NCBI GenBank assembly: GCA_000182565.2
Contig: KQ257450.1
Strand: one strand, 5' to 3'
Length of the DNA: 64,000 nucleotides
Source: Spizellomyces punctatus DAOM BR117
Lineage: Eukaryota
Made by a program: the position numbers and the translations under genes. Each line of letters opens with the position of its first letter. The first letter of the stretch is position 1. Of the stretch, positions 1 through 10,225 are shown in pieces. Under the pieces are notes generated by a model. It worked only from the letters and a program-made list of their open reading frames with translations, was not told where the DNA came from and ran no database searches.

Positions 1-1151
1 GCTCTACATGAGTAGGAAGGGTCTCCTCCGGATGTATAGGACCCCTTCCTGAGGCAGCCATCATCAGTGTTTTGCGCCCTTCTTTCGCCTCTATGAGCTT
101 GTGTCCGTCGTAGTCCAGCCAGCGGATTACCTTGCCCCACCAGCGATGATTGCCGATTTCGTCCACCTCTATAGCAAGGTGAAAAAGCCACCTGCGTATT
201 TACGCTGAGATTAGTAAAGAAGATACATAGGTTTTAAGATTATACCAAATGCATACCAGCAGAGGAAAGTGAAAACGAATGCCCCAAGGACATCAATTGT
301 GTAGTGATACGCTGCATTAAAACAAACCATTAGCGGGTGGCATTCAAAATACAAATGCATTCCTTCAAGGACGTACAACTCATAACCAAAGTCAACATTC
401 CAAAAATGCAGAATAATACCACAGGGATAGTTATCCAGTAGTGGCGACAATGGTACCAATACATCATCAGACAGGACCCAAACACGATTGTGTGTCCCGA
501 ATAGAATGTATCCCCGCAATCTACGCGTCTTCCAGAGAAGAGTAACCAAGTGTCTTTCCCGAAGTTTGAATCCACCGGAGTGAAGCAGTAGATGTACGGA
601 GCAGGAAGATTGGTCAACATCATGTAAGGAACACGACCCAAGTAGAGTGACCCCACAATGAAAAGAGCGCGACGTATGAGCGTAACGGCAGCTGCACCTC
701 GCGTAATGGCAAAGAGAACCATCTAAATTGCAAGAAATGATCGTCAATACGGATGGAGGAGGTTCCATATGAGAGTGTTTCAATCAGTACCAACACTCCT
801 GAAATCAGCACACAGGTATCCGGAAGATTCTGCGGTAAATGTACTCGATAGTACCATGGATTGGTAGCATCCAGGAGCGGGTCTGGTGCCACATAACGCT
901 GGTCAGGAGGTTTGTTGGTGTTTGTGTTCTGCAATAGGACGCAGTTAACAAGGGTCACCACAGTCGTGCTTTGCATCAAAGAATCCGCTATCTACCCTTC
1001 GGTCCGCAAATGCGTTTGCAACTGCAACTAGATATATACAGATAATGAAATAAACGACGGCAAGGCCCAGCAGCCCAAGATCTCTCTTATCCCGCCATAG
1101 CTTTACCCGTGGTTTCACGTGGCGCTCCCATATCGCTCTGAGAGAGGCCAT
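1..1151 (-). CDS. Sphingomyelin synthase / IPC-synthase-like phospholipid transferase (PAP2-C family), multi-exon, 3' end runs off the window
   Basis: Spliced ORFs give several TM segments plus the SMS-family motifs CGDTFYSGHT (D3) and HYTIDV (D4). Confidence 0.85.
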
Positions 1152-2448
1152 TTATCTAGGGCACAAGCTGTAGACGAGTGAGTAGGTCTGAGCCTGGCGG
1201 AAAGCGGGTAGTGCGGGACAAGGTAGATGAGCTCGACGGGTTAGGCATGCGCTTTTGTACCTTCCGACGATCAATGAGGTAATATCAGCATTCGAACCGG
1301 ATATCCGGTTTATTGACAATGAACAGCTCAGATGTGTCAGTCTGCAAATGAAACCACAGGCATGTCTAGTCTTGACTGCTGACGACTAATTCTCACGCAG
1401 TGGATAGTGCCAATAATATTAGAACAGCGAGTTGGTGGGATGCCGCGTGCAAGGAATGCATGTGCTGTTTCGCGAGAAGCAGGATGGATCTGTACTGTCC
1501 GCTCTGACTCTCCAAGTTGTACTTCAGCAAGATGATTCTCCGTGGGTGGTTGGAGCCTATCGTTCCGCTCTGGCCAGGAAATACCACAGAGCTGGCGTGG
1601 GCGAAGGACAAATTCCGCTGACTAAATGTCGGGCGAAGGTGCTTGCCCATCACGGCTTGAGTTCCTGGGTACTTGAAGGTTCTTTTGAGACCAGAAAGTA
1701 AGGGAAGTTCAAAAGGGTGCGGCGCGCGGGACGCTGCGTAAGATCACATACTTTGACAACTTGATTGTGCTCCATCGCGATTGGGACGTTCAATGTTTCA
1801 AAATCGCAAGCTTCAGGACTAGAAATAAGTTATCAGACGTCCATGTGCGAAGGAATACGGGAGCGAGACTGTCACGCTGTCTCGCAGCGTAACTCAATGA
1901 TGATTGAAGATGTGCAACGGACAGTCAATGTATTGCCTTGATCATGGCCGCAAATTGTCCCGTAGATTGGTTTGCTTTTTCAAGATAATCGGGAATAGTT
2001 CAGCTGGATTTGTTCGGAGAACTTGGGACGGCAGCGATACCGGAAAGTGTGCATGTCTCAGTTTCCAAGTTTCGCTAGGAATGTCTGGTTGGATGTTAAC
2101 TATGGAAAATGACAGCGGACGAAGGGACTTGCACAAATGAATTCCCACAATGATAATTGCCAACTACAAGGACGGCGATTTCAACAGACCGTGCTGCTCA
2201 AAATAAAACACAATTCTTGGCGCTAGAGCTGATCACCTCGTTAGATACCGAAGACGGAAGGTCACTTCCAACCCAAACACTGACACCTTGCTAGAGTAAA
2301 GATCCGTTTCTTGGGTGAAGATAACCTTACGGTAGGAAAAAATGAAGAGGACATAGTGGACTCCCACATGCCCTCATGCAGCAGGATATTTCGTTGATTG
2401 CAGGTGTATTTAACTGGAGCAGGGGTATCATAGCTATCTTCTACTAAG

Positions 2449-2838
2449 CTAACACATTGGACTACAAATGGTATCGTCACTGCCCCTCCTCGATGACTTC
2501 TTGAAGGTTTCACGCTTGCGTTGCGTGCATGCTGCTCTCCTAGCAAAGTTTTTGAAGAACTTCTTGATGGTGGTCAGGCCACGATTTCTGACCGACGTTC
2601 GTCGTGCAAGCTCAGAATAGGGCGCTGGTGGTATGTCCAAATCCACCTCCAGATCGAGGCCCATACATATTGACTTCACCGTCGATGATCGCAGCCCAGC
2701 GGATACTTGGCATGAATCGTTAAGTACAAGGGAACTCCGGCAGCGCTCAGTGCAGGATAGTCGAGGAAGAAGAATGTCAATGCCTTTTGGGAGAAAGTCT
2801 CGTGACAAAGTATAACAATATGTGGAAGCGGAGTCCAT
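2449..2838 (-). CDS. Hypothetical small basic protein
   Basis: 129-aa ATG-started ORF in an otherwise empty interval; no recognisable domain. Confidence 0.25.
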   Translation of the reverse strand: MDSASTYCYTLSRDFLPKGIDILLPRLSCTERCRSSLVLNDSCQVSAGLRSSTVKSICMGLDLEVDLDIPPAPYSELARRTSVRNRGLTTIKKFFKNFARRAACTQRKRETFKKSSRRGSDDTICSPMC

Positions 2839-3324
2839 TGTTCAGGATTTTGTATATACACCGTGCTAGAATAAAGGGAGCCAGAGCACTTAATTGACGT
2901 TTTTATAACTTGTGGACATTGCTCCTGCTTGGCATATCCATGGCAAATGCCTCAGCCAAACGAACGCCAACAGGGCCAAGACCGTGATGATTGATCGTAT
3001 GAAGGTCAAAGGGCGCTTGGCAGAACAAGGTTTCGTATATTTGTTTGGTTTCTGATTTAAGGTCCTAGCCTCCGCGAGCAAACCCTTGGCGCTTGTCTCC
3101 GAGCAATGTTTAGAGGGTTTCAAGGGTCGACCAGCTGGAGCTCTGTCCGATCACCTAATTGGAAAATCACCAGACTAAGCCATTGACTAAGCCATCTATA
3201 GCTTCCACGGCGGGAGCAACTTATTAGCGGGACAAACGGTGATCGGCGGCATTTCTGCTTCCTTCTAAACGCTGTTAACGTCAGATTTTAGAGTAGTTCT
3301 TCGCCAAACACTAGGCTCTGAAAA

Positions 3325-3968
3325 ATGGCAAACGTTCCGCCAAACTCGGCTCTTCTTTTGATTGATGTTCAACAGGGTTTCGATCAGATTAGTCACTGGG
3401 GAATACAGCGCAACAACCCACATGCTGAAGAGAATATGTCACGACTGCTCTCAGCGTGGCGGGCCACGTCCCGTCCAGTACTTCACGTTCAGCATACCTC
3501 CACTTCCCCGACGTCTCCACTTCGCCCGTTTCAATCCGGGTGTGCTATCAAACCAGTGGTTGCGCCATTGCCGGGCGAGTTACTTTTGACCAAGACGGTC
3601 AATTCAGCATTCATTGGTACAGATCTAGAAAAAAAGCTAAGGGAGGATCTAAGGACAAACCATGTGGTCATTGTCGGGCTGACTACCGACCACTGCGTCT
3701 CTACGACCACCCGAATGGCTGGAAATCTTGTATGTTCACAAGCTCCGTCCCGCCATCCTGAACCCGATTTATTAACGGAATGGCTCTAATTCAGGGGTTT
3801 GAAGTATTGCTGGTAGAGGATGCCACTGCTACGTTTGACAGGGTAGGGCCATCTGGAAAGAGGCACGACGCAGAGCTTGTACACGAATTAGCGCTCGCAA
3901 GTTTAATCGGCGAGTTTGCCAGCATCGTTTCCACCGACGCAGTTTTGCGTACCATCGGTGCAGGCTGA
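3325..3968 (+). CDS. Isochorismatase-family cysteine hydrolase (one intron ~3730-3793)
   Basis: [15 protein letters not shown] and [11 protein letters not shown] supply the Asp-Lys-Cys triad; second exon [15 protein letters not shown]. Confidence 0.9.
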
Positions 3969-4432
3969 AGTCTGGTAGAGCATTGATATGCTCGGGAATA
4001 GAAGATAAGGTTTGCCGACCTACCTCCCAAAATGTGCAACATGCTATAGATCTGCGAATCAGTCTATTTTGGATGGTGAAGCTATGTCCGCTTGATATAG
4101 CCTGTATCATACCTCCTTTGCATGGCCACCCGAGCCATCAGAAACCCCCTGCACCTTACCAAGTAGAACATCGTAAGTTGCTTTCCTCAGCGAAGAAACC
4201 GTACATCTTAGGACCAAGCAGACTGATACCGACACGATTTGCTACGGACGTGCTTCCTGGTACCTCAAAAATGCTTCTTTAAAGCACGTTATACACAGCC
4301 AACCTTTCAGCACTTTGAAACCAAAGATGAGGAATGAATTTTTCTTGTAAATTATCCGACACTACATTGTAGTCCCTATTCTCCCAGATAGAATTGGAAC
4401 ACGTAAAAGTCCAGTACGATAGTGCTTCTTTT

Positions 4433-5151
4433 CTAGAAACCAACGATGAACTCTCCAAATCTATAGTGAAGGAGATCTTGTTATGTCTGAAACCGCGTGC
4501 ACTGTCAGGATGCAAGATGACCAACCTCTCGTAGTATCCTGGCACCTTCCATTGTCCACGCTTGGCCATCTTTTCAACGGTCTTGTCGAGTTCAGGGTAG
4601 GCTTTGGCGACGTCGTCCACCTTAATAATGAGGATAGTATGGTCAGCTTGTGGATCTTGTAAGGTTCAGGGACGAAGCTTACCGTAAGCTGGTCAACGGG
4701 TCTAGCAGTCTCGATGTTGGTCAAAAGTTCCTGCAATTCCGAAACCTCTGCGTTCACCTTCTTGGAAGTCTGTTGGGCCGCGGCAACCTTTTTTTCCACG
4801 AAGGATGTTAAGTAAAGGAGGCCACACTCACTCCCAAGATACCACGCAACTCACAGCTTTGGCCTGCTCAGATTCAATAATCCTCAACTGTTCTCCAAGG
4901 TCATAGGTCGCAGGGGTGAAGGCATTGAAACTTTTCTCAGCATCGTTGACCACCTTCTTGTTCTTCAACACCTTGCGGTAAGCTTCGAAGTCAATAGTGG
5001 CGCTTTGTTCCCGAAGTTCAGTCACGGTCTTCGTGAGCTCAGTGTGGCGACGACGGAAAGCGCTGATAGCCGCCACAGTTTCTGGCTTGAGCTTGGTGCC
5101 TAGAGCACCCCAGTCAATGCGAGCGGCGGCTGAACGTGCGGGGGTTGCCAT
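4433..5151 (-). CDS. ATP7: Mitochondrial ATP synthase subunit d
   Basis: AAARIDW..., AFRRRH, TIDFEAYRKVLKN, NIETARPVDQLT|VDDV, GQWKVPGYYER|FGEFIVGF*; 4 exons with GT-AG introns. Confidence 0.95.
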
Positions 5152-5233
5152 TTAGAAATGTGAAAGGAGTTGGCGGGATGACAAGAGTGAAATCCGTGTT
5201 TGCTGCCATTCATTTGCAGGCCGTTGCAAGGTG

Positions 5234-5248
5234 GTTGCCAATGGCAAC
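5234..5248. promoter_or_regulatory. RFX X-box-like palindrome GTTGCC-AAT-GGCAAC
   Basis: Perfect 7-bp-arm palindrome matching GTNRCC-N(0-3)-RGYAAC, ~80 bp upstream of the ATP7 ATG. Confidence 0.45.
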
Positions 5249-5962
5249 ATTGACGTCCAACGGAAATTGCCGTGTCCGCGTCTGCCCTTTGGCTTTGGAC
5301 TTTTGCTGTTAGCCTTCGAAACGTACGTGCTTTGTCAAAGGTAGTTCAAAGGGAAGATAAGGTTTGGAGATGTTTGCCAAGGGATGAATTGTAGGAAAAT
5401 CCCAACCTTGGTGATCTCTGCGACCAATTTCAACAAGAATATTTTCGAGTTGTGTATAATCTTTATATCCAAGCTGGGGATACTAGGCCCTGAATTGACC
5501 ACCTTCGAGAAACGCTTTAGAAAGATACTGCTTAGATGGATAATGGTGTTCTCCCAGCAGTGTAGTAAACCCCTGCACCCCGTTTGAACGTGGTTGGTGG
5601 TGAATGTCTATTGAACGCTGAGGAATGGAGATAATGGAGATAGTACAAGCTCGAAGCCTTCACCTATTCCATTCTATGAGCACCCATTGATTCCCACTTG
5701 ACATATCAGATCTCACCAGTAGGGTCGGCCTTCGATCGTACGTCTGAAGTGGAAGGCACCCACTACGCAGCAATAAAACTAAGTGCGCAAATTTCATTCG
5801 AGGACGTCACTCAAGAGATATATCGCTATGGTGAACAAATCTGATACAGTCTGTGTCTTGTTCCGTTAGCGATCATCTCATCTAGAAACAATGCAATATC
5901 TCATCCTTATGTACAAATGACGATACATCCTTCAGCTGAACGCCTTCCTCGCTACGCTGGGA

Positions 5963-6998
5963 TTAAGGTCCTTTGGGTACTTCGTTGAAGTCTGCATCGA
6001 TAACTGTTGGTCTACCATCTGCCCCTCTTGCACGACACGGTATATCCCAGTGACGCCCACTCACGGGATCGATTACCTTCACGTCCGTCAAGGTAAGGCT
6101 GTCGGTGCTACCGTTGGCAGATCCAACCGCTTGGACGATCAAATTCCTCCCAGCTGCAGATGTGACAGTAAACTCTACCTGTGTGTTCATTCCCTGTCCC
6201 ACATCCCCAAATGATGATGCGGTCATAACACTATGAGGGGTAGCGGCTCGTGCAGCGTCAATATTTCCAACGACCAACGTAAGATCTTCTGGCGCTGTGG
6301 ACCGAATGTGCCTGCGAAGGCAGTCCATTGCGGATTCTTGAAGACGCTGAGAATGTCCGTTAGCATCTGCTAAAGTTCGAAGTGCTGGTGCCATGACTCC
6401 ACGAAATAGTGAGCCCAACAGTCCCAATCCGGATGGGTCGGGCCCGAGCGCCGCCTTCGGAGGACGAGGGATACCCATACGGTCGGATATCATATCCGTC
6501 AGTGTTGGCGGATACCTTTGTGTTGGCTGTGAGGAAGCCATCTTTGCACCAAGTCCCATATCAAGTACATGTTCCACACCTTTCCCCAGCCCGTCGATGT
6601 AAAAAATTCAATACATTCTTGTAAGCATAATATCCCGCCACCAAGGCAACTACTGTCCATAGAAACGGTCTTAGCGCGTTGAAGACAATGACACCCGTGG
6701 CGACGGAAACTACTATGCGTCCCAACGGTGGTATCTCAGCTAATGGGCCACGATGGTAGAAGTATTGAAGGCGCGGGAATGGAAGGGGTGCTTTGAAAAT
6801 AGGTGGGCGATAAACCCCATACGGCCATTGTCGTGTGCGGAACACTGAGTGACATTCTGGACGCTGACGACCCTCCCCAAAAACGAAAGCCGAACACGTA
6901 AAAGCGTGTCGCTGCACGCTCCCAAAAGGTTGAGCCTTAACGGGCCATGCCCTTGGAAGCAGGCAACCGTAGCGTCCAATGACGACGATGGGCCTCAT
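5963..6998 (-). CDS. Hypothetical membrane protein, possibly mitochondrial (two exons, intron ~6542-6613)
   Basis: ORFs 6561..7136 and 5963..6577 join in frame via GTATTG...GCAAAG (YYAYKN|MASSQ); Arg-rich N-terminus, two hydrophobic segments, C-terminal VIDADFNEV. Confidence 0.55.
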
Positions 6999-7287
6999 CC
7001 TTTCAGGAAAGTCCAATGTTCGTGACGTACAAGTTTGCATGGCGGACTTCAAATTGCTCAGGTCATGTGATGATATATCATGTGAACAGGGTTTCAAAAA
7101 CAACTTGTGGGCGCTTATCGTGTGGTTTTCTTCCAACTACCAGATCTCAACATTCGCACAGTCGACATCCATACCCATAGCAAACAAGTCGGCCTTGCTG
7201 ATTGAACAACGACTACGCAGCTTGCTGCTCAAAAGCGCCAAGAGATTAAGCCAAATTTCTGTTTTTCATACGTATCCTAAACGTCCA

Positions 7288-7932
7288 ATGAATCCTGCGC
7301 AGCCTCCGTCTGACGCACCCGCCGCTACACCGGTTCCCTCCGAACCCTCAGTGGCCAACTCCTTCAAGCAGGCTGCTTACGCTGTCACCCAACTCTACAA
7401 GGAGTCTCTCAACCAACAAAAGCGATCCTATAACGCCGGATATTCCCAATGCTTGCAGGACCTGTGGCAATTCGTGGCTCTTCAGAGAGCCCAAGGAAAG
7501 CAAGCCGTTCCTGTCACCGATTTAGTCACTTTCTTTGCCAAAAAGTATGAAACCCTTCAAGTAGAAAGCGCTGAATCAAGAAGAGAAGAACCAGTGCTGT
7601 CAAATACCCCTTCTGAAGTTCAGCCACCCCCACCATCGACTATATTGCCTCAAGAACCCCTGTCAATCAATAACTTCACATTCTCCCCGCCACCAACCAT
7701 ACATCAAGCATCTCCAGTATCACAAGTTGAGACACCGGCCGCCTTCGTACACGACCTTTCTTCACCGGCGCCGTCCAAGCGTCGATGGAATCAGGGACCA
7801 GGATTTGGAAATGAAATGGGGTTTCTAGGACGTACCTTCAATTGGGCAGACACGTTTCCTCTCGAGCCCACAGCGAAGCGAAGTAGGTGGAAAAGAGATA
7901 CCACGGATGAGAATGATTTCATGGATGATTGA
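7288..7932 (+). CDS. HAPSTR1 / C16orf72 (DUF4588)-like protein
   Basis: FKQAAYAVTQLYKES...RSYNAGY...DLWQFV...DLVTFF resembles the HAPSTR1 core (FQNAATAVTNLYKES...DLISFL), followed by a disordered tail ending in a basic NLS-like KRSR. The start ATG at 7288 is inferred. Confidence 0.7.
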   Translation: MNPAQPPSDAPAATPVPSEPSVANSFKQAAYAVTQLYKESLNQQKRSYNAGYSQCLQDLWQFVALQRAQGKQAVPVTDLVTFFAKKYETLQVESAESRREEPVLSNTPSEVQPPPPSTILPQEPLSINNFTFSPPPTIHQASPVSQVETPAAFVHDLSSPAPSKRRWNQGPGFGNEMGFLGRTFNWADTFPLEPTAKRSRWKRDTTDENDFMDD

Positions 7933-8186
7933 ATGTCTGGAGTAGCGTTAGCGTATCGATTGTACAGTGTAAATCAAGCCATCTACAATTCATATTTATT
8001 TTTATCCTATATCCTAATCTACACGCCGTCCGGATGGTCCAAACCTACATCCAGAATGTCTAATATATAAAATGAAATCAACAGCCAAGCGTCCATGGCA
8101 TCCGCCTAATGGCAACAAACCCGACAAATCCCTCATATATACAAATGCGTGTCCATGGAAGACCCGACGGTTCATGTCCACGTGAA

Positions 8187-10057
8187 TTACGCGAAAGGCG
8201 ATGAAGCCTGCTTGATTGCACCAGTGGCTGATCCGCCATATTGATGAGGATCGGCCGGATGGGCCAAAATGAAGGGTACAGGTCCGTCAAGTTCCCTATA
8301 TCCATCTTCTTCACTCCGATCATCGTCTTCTGCAGGCGTGGCAAGTCCGTGATGCAGATGGGTCTTTCCTCTTGGGTGCATTGGTGTGACATGCGGAAAA
8401 GTGTTTCGTGCGAGTTGTGCGACCATAGCTGCCGCACACCGGTTTACTTCCAACTAAATGGCATGAATGGATCGAGAATTAACACAGTAATAATGCGCCA
8501 TAGACCACACACACACACACACACACACCATTTGGGGGATATCCAGGCTTGAAACGATTGCCACAGTATGCAAGGATTGAGACTCCAGTTCGCGGCCCAT
8601 GAATACATGGAAATCATGTAAATTAATGCCAATTGTCTCGAAAGCATATCTTAGTGCAGCAGCAGCTTGGACTGAGGGCCGGAATCGGACGTAGTGATAG
8701 TCTACAAATGCTTGTGAGTCCACCTTGATGCACGGTTCCGAATCAAGTGGTCACTTACAGGGTTGAATTCTGTTAAGAACCTGGTCGGCGATCAGAAAGA
8801 GCTCTGACTTGGTGGTCGCATCGTATTTAAAAAGATCGAGAAAGAACTCCAGGAACATATTGGGCGTCACGGCGTTCAAATTCCAGTTCAACATTTGCAG
8901 GACCCACAGCTCCATCGCCTGCAGGGACGTTAGGAAGAAGCTCAGTTAAACTCGACGACAAATATTAGTACCGACCTTGAGACCCTCCACATTAAATGCG
9001 CCTGCGGCGAGTTCTTCAAGCTCCACGCATGTTGGCGTTCTGGTTTCACAAATTTTGGATGCGATCAGGAAACTAGCTGCCCCAAGGGCTTGGTAATGTG
9101 ACAGCTGCAGGGTTTCAATGCTACATATGCGATCTAGAATGCTCACGGACAACTGAAGTAACAAGAAAGAATAGGTTTTAGAACTTCCATCTTATCCCGA
9201 AAACAGCTCCGAACTACTGATGTGTGGAAGTCACCTGAAAGATTTCACTGCAATAGTATCTGAAATGTCGAGCAAGCTATAGACAGGCAAAGAAGATAAC
9301 GTTAGATCTAAAGCATTGTCAGACAGTATCATCACTGAATACCACAATCACTGACCTCCAGTAGCCACTCAATCAGCTCCCTAACAACGTACCACAGTTA
9401 GCATAAACATGGAAACGAGGGACATACACCAGCAACTATATTTCATGTGTAATCAGAGGCATTATGCGAGCATATTGCTGTGGTGGAAGCAAGCAAGCAT
9501 CCACTGAAACACGGAGTACCCTATCCTCCAAAGCCACGGATGCTCACCTTCTATGGTCAGTTCCAATCGACCCTCGTTGTACGTCCTCCATGTAGAAGGG
9601 GTTCGGGCGGTATCTGGGTTCCATTTCCAGCCTGAAAAGATGCAACTTTTGAATTTGCGCCAATTCATCCGAGTCCTTCCCTTCAACGAACGGACGACGT
9701 AGAGCTGGGTGAGGAAGGAATGACGCCAGGCGGGGTGGAGCAGGACCTGCGACAGGCATCTTGCGGAACTGTATAGCGGAAGGGAAACGTCAAAGGATGC
9801 ACCACCAGTCCGCATTTGCGTGGACACTAAGCAAGTTCGGACAAAAGCCGGGGACATGCCCAAGAGGCTGGACACCATGAACATGTTCCAATACTACTTA
9901 CAATAACTGCCGCTCCACCACCAGCTACACACAGGCTACTCTTAAATGGTGCTGGGAAGGCTGCTGGGCGGGTAATACTGCTGGAATTTGCTTCCACGGG
10001 CCAAAGTTGAAGAGAGGTGAGGGCGGAAGAAGGAGCGGGGTGGGTGCTGGACGACAT
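8187..10057 (-). CDS. Cyclin, G1 D/E-like, multi-exon
   Basis: Reconstructed cyclin box: YRPNPFYMEDVQ...HRR|ELIEWLLE|LARHF...FQ|LSVSILDR...YQALGAASFLIASKICE...LK|AMELWVLQMLNWNLNAVTPNMFLEFF. Confidence 0.85.
8507..8528. repeat. (AC)11 microsatellite at the 5' end of the last cyclin intron
   Basis: Direct reading of the sequence. Confidence 0.95.
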
Positions 10058-10225
10058 CCACACGATCTGGACAATTCACGTGAGCATACACACGTAAGCA
10101 GTAACCGCGACATAGCGCATGTTGGACTGGACCGACTAGTGGAACTTGCATGCGTAGATCGCGGAGCGGTCACATAGACAGTTTTGTGACAGAGTTGATC
10201 TGTGCGTACCGGATTGTGAGGGGCC

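Noticed and set aside
1393..2200. Short ORFs between the SMS-like gene and the isochorismatase gene
   Set aside because: No recognisable domains and no consistent splice chain.
3325..3968. Recent bacterial transfer of the isochorismatase gene
   Set aside because: It has a spliceosomal intron and host-like composition, and the family is widespread in fungi; a phylogeny would be needed.
6560..6620. Apparent frameshift at a T6 run between two ORFs
   Set aside because: Explained by a plausible ~72-nt GT-AG intron that joins the frames.
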